IMG/VR virus record: IMGVR_UViG_3300033146_005596
Coordinates: 1-64,000 of that record
Length of the DNA stretch: 64,000 nucleotides
DNA from: a virus
Strand: one strand, 5' to 3'
Shown: positions 45,918 through 55,075 of the stretch, piece by piece
Layout of the letters: each line of letters starts with the position of its first letter
Position numbering within the stretch: position 1 is the first letter of the stretch
Translations under genes and position numbers: made by a program
Notes under the pieces: model-generated
Told to the model about the DNA's origin: nothing
Database searches by the model: none
The model's input: the letters and a program-made list of their open reading frames with translations, nothing else

Positions 45918-46880
45918 GTGGCTGTTATATTTGTTGGTGACCTGCATTTTTCAGATGATAAAGATTGGAAAATTGCAGTAGGACATAAAATGATTGATTG
46001 GATGAAAAACTTTCCAGAGAACAAAAAAGAAAATACTTTAGTCTTGTCTGGAGATATAACAGACAAGTCTTTAAACACTGGTACTGTTTATAAAATGCTA
46101 GAAGATTTCATTAGAGCTTGTACATTTAAAAAAATATATATTATAAAAGGTAACCATGATATACATTATAAAAATGGAGTTCAATCATATACGGGCGACC
46201 ACTTAAGAACAAATCCAAAAATTGTTATTCTGGACAAGCCTGGGGAGGTTCTCGAGATTGAAGGGTTTAAAGTACTAAGTTTGCCACATTATACATTTCT
46301 AGAGGGCTATCCAAATATGGAACACTATTATAGCAACCTCTATAAAAAAGTTAAAGAAGTTGATATAATCGCTGGTCATATATCTGATGAAAGTTTACCT
46401 TTATTTAGTAACATAGACCTGAGTAAAATAACAGCAAAGTGGAGGAGTTTAGGCCATATTCATTCACCAATGAATAATAGCTATCTTGGAAGTTTATACC
46501 CAACGTCTATATCTGAATATGCAGGTAACAGATTTTATCATAAATATGTTCATGGACAGCCAAAAGTTATTGGAAAAATTCCAATTTTACTAAAGTATGA
46601 GCAGGTTATTTACCCACAGAAAGCAAAAATAAATAAAGAGTATATTCAAGTCTTTACAGTCCTGAACTATCCAACTAAAGTCGAGGATAGCACTATCTAT
46701 AAAGATTTGTATATTAAACAAAGAATTTCAGGAAAGCTAATAGATGTTTTTGATGAAGAGCTTGGTACTAGTGATATACTAAAAGAAATAAATAGTCCAA
46801 GAGAAATTATTAACAAGTGTCTAGAAGATAATAACTTTTCTGATTCAGTTAAGCAACTAGTACGAAGCTATTTGCTCTAA
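45918..46880 (+). CDS. sbcD: SbcD/Mre11 (gp47-like) nuclease
   Basis: GDLH, GDITD, GNHD, GHI, LGHIH, YLGS. Confidence 0.9.
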   Translation: MAVIFVGDLHFSDDKDWKIAVGHKMIDWMKNFPENKKENTLVLSGDITDKSLNTGTVYKMLEDFIRACTFKKIYIIKGNHDIHYKNGVQSYTGDHLRTNPKIVILDKPGEVLEIEGFKVLSLPHYTFLEGYPNMEHYYSNLYKKVKEVDIIAGHISDESLPLFSNIDLSKITAKWRSLGHIHSPMNNSYLGSLYPTSISEYAGNRFYHKYVHGQPKVIGKIPILLKYEQVIYPQKAKINKEYIQVFTVLNYPTKVEDSTIYKDLYIKQRISGKLIDVFDEELGTSDILKEINSPREIINKCLEDNNFSDSVKQLVRSYLL

Positions 46881-46891
46881 AGGAGAATAAT

Positions 46892-47248
46892 ATGAAATAT
46901 AGAGGATTTGATTTTTTCTATACTAAAAATGAGTTAAAGTTGTCTAAGAAAGATGGTATTTTAGTTGCAATGGTGATTGATGCTTGGGGACCTGTAAAAA
47001 ATGAGTTACGCAACTGCTCTTATAACTTTGAGGTTGAGCCTAAAGATGTTGATTTGTTCATACTATTTGGGGAGCAATCAGTAAAGGCAGAAATTAGACG
47101 GCTCAAGCCTAGGTTTTACGATTTTATAATAAGACTTTTTTTCAAAATATTAGCTTTTCCAGGTATACACCAAGCAGAAAAATGTTTTAAATCAATGGAC
47201 CAAAATGTTTTAAATCAATGGAGCACGGAGAGTTGGACAAATGAGTAG
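46892..47248 (+). CDS. hypothetical protein
   Basis: 118 aa, SD AAGGAG; QNVLNQW encoded in a short duplicated AAAATGTTTTAAATCAATGGA. Confidence 0.65.
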   Translation: MKYRGFDFFYTKNELKLSKKDGILVAMVIDAWGPVKNELRNCSYNFEVEPKDVDLFILFGEQSVKAEIRRLKPRFYDFIIRLFFKILAFPGIHQAEKCFKSMDQNVLNQWSTESWTNE

Positions 47249-47534
47249 ACTAACATTTAAAATGTTTGATAAAGACATGGACGTATTTGATAGCTCTGAA
47301 CTTTTTTCTTTAGAAGAGATGCGCAGCTTGGAAAAACAAAATAAAAAAGAGACTAGCTTTGAACATTTAATCACTGGAAAATTACTCTATGATGATTATG
47401 GCCAATATATACTAGATTCTAACAACAACAAGCTATTAGAGATAAAGGACTTTGGGGTCTTTAAGAATGAAGAGCTACAAGATGACTTTGCAAAATTTGT
47501 AGTTAAAGCCTTAAATAAAGAACTGAACAGATAA
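47241..47534 (+). CDS. hypothetical protein
   Basis: 97 aa, overlapping start. Confidence 0.65.
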   Translation: MSRLTFKMFDKDMDVFDSSELFSLEEMRSLEKQNKKETSFEHLITGKLLYDDYGQYILDSNNNKLLEIKDFGVFKNEELQDDFAKFVVKALNKELNR

Positions 47535-47556
47535 TTTTTTTGGGACTTATTATAGT

Positions 47557-48654
47557 ATGAGTTACACAGAAGCAATACAATATTATAATCATGAAAACTA
47601 TGCAAATACATATTACACTAGTCAGATGGTCCTTGAGACTTTTCTGGCTAATCAATTATTTAAAGGCGATTTATCTAGAATACAATTTGCGTCTGATGCT
47701 TTTATGTTTAGAAAGCGGCTTGACTCAGTGGACAGTAAATCTGATAATTTTGTTGCTCAGAATTTAAACTTTCCTTTTATGTCCTATTGGTATCAAGGCT
47801 TTTGGGAACATGATGACAGACCGTTTGCAAAAAGTACAGCACAACGTGTACTGGGCCACGAAATTGAAATCCAAGGACAAAACATGAAAGCTATGGCTGT
47901 AAAAACTACAATGAAGTTTACTGTCATGTTTAGTAGAGATGATGATGCAAGGCTAGCTAATGAGATTTTAATGTGGACTCAAGGACCTATAGATATTAGA
48001 TTAAAATCAACTATTCTTTGGAAAAATACCCCAATTGAGCTGCCCTCTTTCTTTAAAATAGATAAGATAGCTTATAATGATAAAGCATATAATGAGGTTG
48101 ATTGGCTAGAAAAAAATAGGATTATTCCTATCACCTTTGAAGTTGTTTTGAGAACTTATGTACTGGGCCCTAACACACAAGACTCTGGACAGTATGTAAA
48201 AGAAGGAAATACTTTTAATTTAACTGAAGAATCAACTTTACAGTTTATAGCTGGAAAAAACTTGTCGGACGACCCAGAAATGATAGAAGATACAGTACAT
48301 GCTTATTTTAACCCTGAGGTTGCCATTACCCTGGATAATGTTTGGATTGATAATCAGGAAACAAATGCCCTAACTTTAAACTGGAGCTACACTGAAGATG
48401 TGCCAGACTCAGTGGGGAAAATTAAAATAGTTGGTAATGGCATCGAAACAATAGAAATTACTGATGATATAATCACAACAATGTCCCAGATAATAACTGG
48501 ATTGAAATCTAATAGCACTTACCGTTTTCATATTTATTTTTATTTAACTAATGGTCAGGTAACTATGCAAGGTGTTAATGGTACCACACTTTTCGACCCA
48601 GAAGAACCAGGAAAGCTAGGACAACTAGAAGACGCAATAGGATTCAAGTTTTAA
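47557..48654 (+). CDS. tail terminator/neck-like protein with C-terminal FN3-like domain
   Basis: NFPFMSY; LTLNW...ITGLKSNSTYRFHI; upstream of the sheath gene. Confidence 0.55.
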   Translation: MSYTEAIQYYNHENYANTYYTSQMVLETFLANQLFKGDLSRIQFASDAFMFRKRLDSVDSKSDNFVAQNLNFPFMSYWYQGFWEHDDRPFAKSTAQRVLGHEIEIQGQNMKAMAVKTTMKFTVMFSRDDDARLANEILMWTQGPIDIRLKSTILWKNTPIELPSFFKIDKIAYNDKAYNEVDWLEKNRIIPITFEVVLRTYVLGPNTQDSGQYVKEGNTFNLTEESTLQFIAGKNLSDDPEMIEDTVHAYFNPEVAITLDNVWIDNQETNALTLNWSYTEDVPDSVGKIKIVGNGIETIEITDDIITTMSQIITGLKSNSTYRFHIYFYLTNGQVTMQGVNGTTLFDPEEPGKLGQLEDAIGFKF

Positions 48655-48719
48655 TACTATTTAAAAATATGACTAATTATAGTATAAGAACCTATACATA
48701 AAGAGGAGATAAATAAAGT

Positions 48720-50546
48720 ATGGAAACATATAGAGTAAAGTTTACAGATATAGACTCAAGCGAGATATTTTTGGATGAGGCTAAAGGACTAAAAGGCTTT
48801 TTTAATATTTCAGCACCTAAAGGTAATAAAGCAGGATTCCTTTTTCCAAAAGGAGCTGAAGCAACTATTAAAAGACTTATTGGTTATCCTAGTGCAACTT
48901 ACCCAGCTATCCAAGATGTTATTGATTATAACGCAAAATATAGCTGTTATATTGCAGCTCCTACTATTGAAACAACTAAAAAAGGATATGCAGCTATTAC
49001 ACAGTTTGGAGTTTATCCATTCCAATCAGTAGATGGTGATATTTCAGGAGTTGGTGAAGAGTCTGTGGTTCCTATCATAGATGGAGAAGATGGTGCTACA
49101 GTTGCACCTATTGCTGATACTTCAGTAACTATAACACTAACTGCAGATGCTTATGCTAAATATAGTAAGATTTCAGGTTTAAAAGTTAAATTAAACAGTG
49201 TAACAGCCGTTGATTTTGCTGATTTTAATGAGACTACTTTTGACCTAACTATTGATGATGCAACGCTAGATGTTGATAATTATACATTAGATTGGCTGGT
49301 ACCAATTACAGCAGCTAATACACTATTTACTATCTCTCAGGTATCACCAACAGCTTTACCATTAAGAGTAAATATAACCGATTTACAATTTGTTGATACA
49401 GCAGCAGCTGGGTTAGATGCAGCAAAGACTAAGTTCGATTTGAAACTTTCTTATGTTGAAGATAATTATCCAAACAAATATGTATCTCAGGAGATTAGTG
49501 GAAACTTAGACTTTACTTCTGAGTTAGAAGATGGAACTAAAAACTATATTGGTGACAAGATTTCAGAGTACTCTTCTATTGAAATTGCTAATATTAACTT
49601 GGAAATACCTATTGAGACAGGCTATACTTCTTTAACTGGAAGTACAACTATAGCAGGGGAAGCAAGAAATACTTCAGACGTTGCAGCAAACTGGGTTGAG
49701 GGACAGAAAGATATTTATGATGATGTCAAAGTATTTATGGACCCTGAGGGAACTTTAACAGAAGAAACAGCAACTTCTTTAAGAGCTAATAACCAAACCT
49801 CAAGTATTATTTCTATTTTTAACAATTACTCAGTTTTAGAAGGTACTAAGCTATCAAAGGCTGATTCTGAAGTTATTTTGACTGGAACACCTCAGCCTAT
49901 TAAAGGAATAAAAGGCTTTGTACAATATCATAATAAGTTTAAAATATCTGAGTCTTTTACTAATACTAGCTATTGGACATCGTTTATTGGTAAAATTGGT
50001 GTTAAGCTGTCAGACATAATGGTAAAAGCACTAGGAGGAGCGTCTCCTATGTTTTTAGATGATGCAAGAGGCTTAGGTGGTCAGTTAGATGTAGACTTTG
50101 ATAAAATCTTTTATACTTATTCTGAAGATGCTCAGAAAAACTTTGATAAGATTGGTGTTAATGCTATATTCTGGGATAAAAATTATGGTGTATACATTGG
50201 CGGACAAAAAACATCTTTTTCAAGAGTTGGAGTTATATCTGACTGGGGCTACATCGGACATTCAATGGCTTTTGATATTTTTAGAGATAGTGTTAAACAA
50301 ACAGTTCTTATACCTCAAATAGGAAAAGCATTAAGCCCTAAATATTATGAGATTCGAGGAGACCAAATGGCTAAGCTAATCAGTCAGCGGGTTGATGGAA
50401 CTAATCCTATCTGGGCTTCAGCAAGATATGAACATGTGAATAAAGACCAAAATAAAGCTCTAAGAAAGTATGTTGTAAAAGTTTGGGTTAAGGTTTATCC
50501 TTTTGCTGAAGAGACCGAACTAATTTTTGAGAATGAAGCACAATAA
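48720..50546 (+). CDS. tail sheath protein
   Basis: IGVNAIF...GVYIGGQKT...VKVWVKVYPFAEETELIF, typical sheath C-terminus. Confidence 0.85.
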   Translation: METYRVKFTDIDSSEIFLDEAKGLKGFFNISAPKGNKAGFLFPKGAEATIKRLIGYPSATYPAIQDVIDYNAKYSCYIAAPTIETTKKGYAAITQFGVYPFQSVDGDISGVGEESVVPIIDGEDGATVAPIADTSVTITLTADAYAKYSKISGLKVKLNSVTAVDFADFNETTFDLTIDDATLDVDNYTLDWLVPITAANTLFTISQVSPTALPLRVNITDLQFVDTAAAGLDAAKTKFDLKLSYVEDNYPNKYVSQEISGNLDFTSELEDGTKNYIGDKISEYSSIEIANINLEIPIETGYTSLTGSTTIAGEARNTSDVAANWVEGQKDIYDDVKVFMDPEGTLTEETATSLRANNQTSSIISIFNNYSVLEGTKLSKADSEVILTGTPQPIKGIKGFVQYHNKFKISESFTNTSYWTSFIGKIGVKLSDIMVKALGGASPMFLDDARGLGGQLDVDFDKIFYTYSEDAQKNFDKIGVNAIFWDKNYGVYIGGQKTSFSRVGVISDWGYIGHSMAFDIFRDSVKQTVLIPQIGKALSPKYYEIRGDQMAKLISQRVDGTNPIWASARYEHVNKDQNKALRKYVVKVWVKVYPFAEETELIFENEAQ

Positions 50547-50563
50547 AGGGAGATTAGAAAATA

Positions 50564-51124
50564 ATGGGAAATAACGTTAAAAGTTTAATAGACTTAGCAG
50601 CTGATTCTGCTAAAAATATGTTTGATGTGTCAATTACTGATTCTGCTATCTTAGCAGGTATAGACACTAATGACGAGCTTAGATTCAGAGCTCAAGGGTT
50701 TACTGTTAAAGAGCCTAAGGCCTCAACCTATGATGTTGATTATAAAACTGTAAAGATTCAGAAGCCTAAGCCTAAAATTGACCTAGACAGAACAATTACT
50801 TTAAAAGTTCGGTTAGATGCTAACTTCGGTTTTTATGACGGTTTCAAGCAGCTAGAGAACAAAGTTTTTGATGGCGAGACTGGTTTTGCAACTAGCAAGA
50901 TGCCAGATACTGGGGATAGATTTACCTTAAAATGTAAATATCTTAACAAAGCTGCGGAAACTGTTGCAGATATAAATGATGAGATTATGAATGGTCGAAT
51001 CTGGAAGTATTCAGACTGCTGGGTATCAGCTATTAACGAGCTTGGTTTTGACCAGAAATCAGCAGACCCTTTTGAGATTGAAGCTACCATCAAGTTTGGT
51101 AACTATGAAATGATAGTGGATTAA
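50564..51124 (+). CDS. tail tube protein
   Basis: follows the sheath gene; NMFDV, WKYSDCWVSAINELGFD, IEATIKF. Confidence 0.8.
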   Translation: MGNNVKSLIDLAADSAKNMFDVSITDSAILAGIDTNDELRFRAQGFTVKEPKASTYDVDYKTVKIQKPKPKIDLDRTITLKVRLDANFGFYDGFKQLENKVFDGETGFATSKMPDTGDRFTLKCKYLNKAAETVADINDEIMNGRIWKYSDCWVSAINELGFDQKSADPFEIEATIKFGNYEMIVD

Positions 51125-51141
51125 ATTTATTTTACAGTCTA

Positions 51142-51177
51142 AAAAGACTTAGTACTACAAAGGGTACTAGGTCTTTT
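51142..51177 (+). terminator. intrinsic terminator
   Basis: AAAAGACTTAGTAC...GTACTAGGTCTTTT. Confidence 0.75.
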
Positions 51178-51217
51178 ATTATATATGGCTTCTTTATAAA
51201 ATTCAACTAATTATAAT

Positions 51218-51754
51218 ATGAGTAATACAATTAGAAATGATATAACACAATTATTAGATATAGCTTTATCTGCAAAAAACATGTATTCAATAGACTTCAG
51301 CAATGCTTGGAGTTCTAATACAAAGTATTTAGCACAAAATTTTATACTAGGTGGATTCAAATTTAATTTTGAACAAAATAAAATATCTGGTTTACCAATG
51401 TTTAAAGGATTTGATTTTAATAACTCAGTATCGTTTACTTTTGACGAACAAGAATACCACAATATTTTAAAGGACCACCTGGACTGGATTAATTCTTGGT
51501 GGAATTTTAAAGATAGATGCTTTAAAACAAATATTAAAAATAAAATTGAAACAGACCTAAAAGTTAGAATAATTAGAGTTGATTCATCTGGCCAAGAAGT
51601 AAACATAGGCACAATTTCGCTTGAAGGTGTTGTTTATACAGGTGAGACCTCGCTGCTATCTGGTGATTGGAGTAGTTCAAATCCACATCAAAGAAAGTTT
51701 TCTTATTTATATAAAAAGTTGACCATTGAGCTAGAGGAGAGTTCTAATGAATAA
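51218..51754 (+). CDS. tube-fold baseplate protein (gp54-like)
   Basis: KNMYSIDF, VSFTFDE, DWIN, resembling the tube protein. Confidence 0.55.
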   Translation: MSNTIRNDITQLLDIALSAKNMYSIDFSNAWSSNTKYLAQNFILGGFKFNFEQNKISGLPMFKGFDFNNSVSFTFDEQEYHNILKDHLDWINSWWNFKDRCFKTNIKNKIETDLKVRIIRVDSSGQEVNIGTISLEGVVYTGETSLLSGDWSSSNPHQRKFSYLYKKLTIELEESSNE

Positions 51755-52178
51755 AAGTGTATTACGTGGTAAAAATGAGCTTTTACAAAAAAAGTTTATT
51801 AACAATATATCTTTTGTTGATTTAAACTTTAAATACATCCATGGTGGAGATATTTCTCTATACAAAGGTGATGCTCTAGAAAATGCTGTTTTATTATGGT
51901 TAACCAGTGGTCCATATGATTATTATGATAACCCTGGAAAAGGTGGACCACTAGATAAAATTAGTGTTGGAACTTTGATGAGTCCTGAAAGTATAACTGG
52001 ATTTGAAAATAGGTTTATTGCAGAGTTTGATGAAGTTTTTGGGGATAAGTTTACTTTAGTACAAGTGAGCTTAAAACCTGATTTGAAACATAAAAAGTTT
52101 AAATTGTATATAATTGTTTTTGATATTCTTTCAAAAGCATACAGTGAATTTAATATAAACTTGAGGGAAGATAGTTGA
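51747..52178 (+). CDS. gp25-like baseplate wedge / sheath initiator
   Basis: DALENAVLLWLTS...NPGKGGPL. Confidence 0.7.
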   Translation: MNKSVLRGKNELLQKKFINNISFVDLNFKYIHGGDISLYKGDALENAVLLWLTSGPYDYYDNPGKGGPLDKISVGTLMSPESITGFENRFIAEFDEVFGDKFTLVQVSLKPDLKHKKFKLYIIVFDILSKAYSEFNINLREDS

Positions 52179-55075
52179 TGAAAAAGTTCGATGTAGAGTC
52201 TATTAAAAATAGAATGGTTGGAAAAATACAAGAGAGTATTAAGGATATAAACACAGAGAATGGGTTAGAAGAAATTGGCTTGGTTTATGAAGACTCCTTA
52301 ATACAAGCCCTCTTTTCAGCAAGTGCTGAAGTAGAAAGCGAAGTAGTTAGATATGCAGAATATTTGTTAAAAGAGAAGAAATGGACTAAAGCAACTAACT
52401 TATCATCAATAGTTTCTCAAGCAAAATATATTTCATATAGCCCTCATAGAAAAGCATCAGCCACAGGTACCGTTTATTTTTCAGCAGATGAAAGAATTAA
52501 AACTTTACCTTTATCTATATTAAGTGGTGCTACACCAATGCTAGTAGGCGATATAAATATTGGCGATATTGTAGTAGATGATAAAAGCAATGAGTTTATA
52601 GTTATTGCTACACCTGAGCTATCTAGCAACTCAGCTTATGTATCAGCACAGGTTATGCAAGGTATTAAAAAAACACAGTACTCTGTAGCAAACGGAAAAC
52701 CTAATGAGTATATAGAAATAAATAACGACAGCGTTGAAGATGCTGATAATATAGTATCTGGTGCTTTTTTCAAAGTTTATGTGAATGGAGTAGAGTGGAA
52801 TAAAGTTAATAGCTTATTAGCTTCCAGTACAGCTTATAGTCAAGATTACCAAATAATCAACTCAGATGATTTTTCTAAAATATTTGTAGCTTTTGGTAAT
52901 GGCAAAGCAGGACAAAAACTAGCAGAAAACGACAGTGTTAAGATAGAATATATAGAAACAACAGGACTGGATGGTAATGTTTTTACAAATGACAAGGTAA
53001 CTGTTATCAAAAGTTTAATTACTAACCTTGGAACAAAAAAAGTTTATTGTTCTAATAAGTCAAGAATTGCTGGTGGAAAAGACTATGATAGTATTGATAG
53101 GATTAAAGAATTAGCACCAATTGAGTATTTAAAGTTTTATACTATTGGAAATGTTGAGTCTTATCATGAGAATATTTTAAGGTTACAACCAGATATTTCA
53201 AAATTAAAGATTTTTGGTGGCTCCAAGGAGTCTCAGGGAATTACACAAAAACTGATATATATGACAGCTTTATCCAGTGCTAGCACCGACATGTACCAAG
53301 ATAACATTAATAGTGGTAACCATATTTTAGAAAGTTTATCAGCTAAACTGGCTGATTTAAAAAATCCGTCAGATATTCTTGAGTTTTATCCTATTACTTT
53401 TATTCCTATACGAATAGGTGCATCTGTATTTATAAACGAACCACGGGATAGTACTGATAAAATACAAAAGGATTTAGAAAGAGCTCTTTTTATAAAGTAT
53501 AATAAGCATGCTAGAAACTTTCAGGAAAACTTTTACTATTCAGACCTAATTGCTTTACTGCATGAAAATGATAATGTGGACTATGTTAAGGTCCAGATGA
53601 GTACTGTTGAAAGTATGACAAATAATAATTTCAATATTTTTGATTACTACAAAATTTCTGAATACCACAAAAATGATGACCTTTCAAAGAATATCTATTT
53701 TTTAGACAAAGCAGTACAATTTGATTTTAAGTTTAACAACATTTTTAGAGAATCTGAGTTTCCGGGCTTTACTGAAAAGGTAAATGAAACCGGAGATTTT
53801 TTGTTAACTGTGTCAATAATAGCTAAAGACCAAGCCTTAGCTAATAAATCAAGAACTCTATTTTACGACCCAACTTTTACAGAGGACTCACTATTTGTAT
53901 ATGGGTACCATAAAGAGTGGGGTGTCTTCTTGGGTGGTACCACCTACATAAATATTTTATTTGCTACTTGGACTGGTAACGGAACTGATGAAGCATATGT
54001 TATAACACTAGAAGACCCCGCTTCAACGGTAACTCTAACCTATGATGCAACCCCAGGTTCAGATTGGCAAGTATTTAATAGCATGGTTAACCCAGATGCA
54101 GCCCTAGCTATATCTGTAGCTCTTCCTAATAAGTATATAGAAAATATAGAAATGTCAGATGTAGCTAGTATTTCCTATGAGGGCTTTGAACAGTCAGAAG
54201 TACTTTTAGCTGGAGAGCTAGAACCCCGACAAGCCTACTTGATGACAGAAATAAACTCTGTATCAGGAGATGTACGGTATAACTACTGCTATACTATGCT
54301 AAATATAGACATAACTACATATTCAGACTTTTGGGCATCATACTTTAAAGTAGAAGATATTCTAATAAACTCAGAGCTGGAAATCCCTGCAAAAACTACT
54401 ATAATAGATATAAAGCTAAAAGATAACACAGTAATCACAATAAATAAACCCTATGAAATAGCTAGCTTTATTAAGGTTTGGAATGCTAGAAAAATAAAAC
54501 AATTTCCAAAGATAAACTTTAATGTAACAAACTCAACTTGGAATAGTAGAATATTACAATCCTCTGTAGCACCTTTTCAAATAGAAAGATATAAAAAAGA
54601 TTCTAATGGTGTTTATATAAAAAAATCTCCAGTAATAACAGAGTCTGGCTCTGGAGTCAAGCTCTCTTATGAGGAAAGATTTGATAAGTTGTATGACTAT
54701 CCTATTAAAAATTCAAAAGAACATGTTTATTCAGGTAATAGCCCACTTGACAGCTTAGGTGATAGCTTCGATTCTAAAGAGCTAGTAGATGGAATTAAAT
54801 TAAAGTTTAATAATGACTATAGCTCGAATGATGATACTCTGTTTAGTGGTACACTGGATTTACCAGTTGCTTCTTTTTTAGCAGACGACCAAAGTACTTG
54901 GCCTGCAACGGAAGATGGTTTGAAAACACATTTCTTAGAGTTATATCATGTTGATATTTCTGCTATACCTAAGAATAAAAATATAATTGGAATCAATCCT
55001 TATACTTTGATTCATTCTGATTATTCAAATAATGATAGTGAGAGCTTAATTAAAGTGGACGTGATGTATGAGTAA
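52175..55075 (+). CDS. baseplate wedge (gp6/J-like)
   Basis: SIVSQAKYISYSPHRKASATG, VYVNGVEW, FGNGKAG, GGKDYDSIDRIKELAP. Confidence 0.85.
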   Translation: MMKKFDVESIKNRMVGKIQESIKDINTENGLEEIGLVYEDSLIQALFSASAEVESEVVRYAEYLLKEKKWTKATNLSSIVSQAKYISYSPHRKASATGTVYFSADERIKTLPLSILSGATPMLVGDINIGDIVVDDKSNEFIVIATPELSSNSAYVSAQVMQGIKKTQYSVANGKPNEYIEINNDSVEDADNIVSGAFFKVYVNGVEWNKVNSLLASSTAYSQDYQIINSDDFSKIFVAFGNGKAGQKLAENDSVKIEYIETTGLDGNVFTNDKVTVIKSLITNLGTKKVYCSNKSRIAGGKDYDSIDRIKELAPIEYLKFYTIGNVESYHENILRLQPDISKLKIFGGSKESQGITQKLIYMTALSSASTDMYQDNINSGNHILESLSAKLADLKNPSDILEFYPITFIPIRIGASVFINEPRDSTDKIQKDLERALFIKYNKHARNFQENFYYSDLIALLHENDNVDYVKVQMSTVESMTNNNFNIFDYYKISEYHKNDDLSKNIYFLDKAVQFDFKFNNIFRESEFPGFTEKVNETGDFLLTVSIIAKDQALANKSRTLFYDPTFTEDSLFVYGYHKEWGVFLGGTTYINILFATWTGNGTDEAYVITLEDPASTVTLTYDATPGSDWQVFNSMVNPDAALAISVALPNKYIENIEMSDVASISYEGFEQSEVLLAGELEPRQAYLMTEINSVSGDVRYNYCYTMLNIDITTYSDFWASYFKVEDILINSELEIPAKTTIIDIKLKDNTVITINKPYEIASFIKVWNARKIKQFPKINFNVTNSTWNSRILQSSVAPFQIERYKKDSNGVYIKKSPVITESGSGVKLSYEERFDKLYDYPIKNSKEHVYSGNSPLDSLGDSFDSKELVDGIKLKFNNDYSSNDDTLFSGTLDLPVASFLADDQSTWPATEDGLKTHFLELYHVDISAIPKNKNIIGINPYTLIHSDYSNNDSESLIKVDVMYE

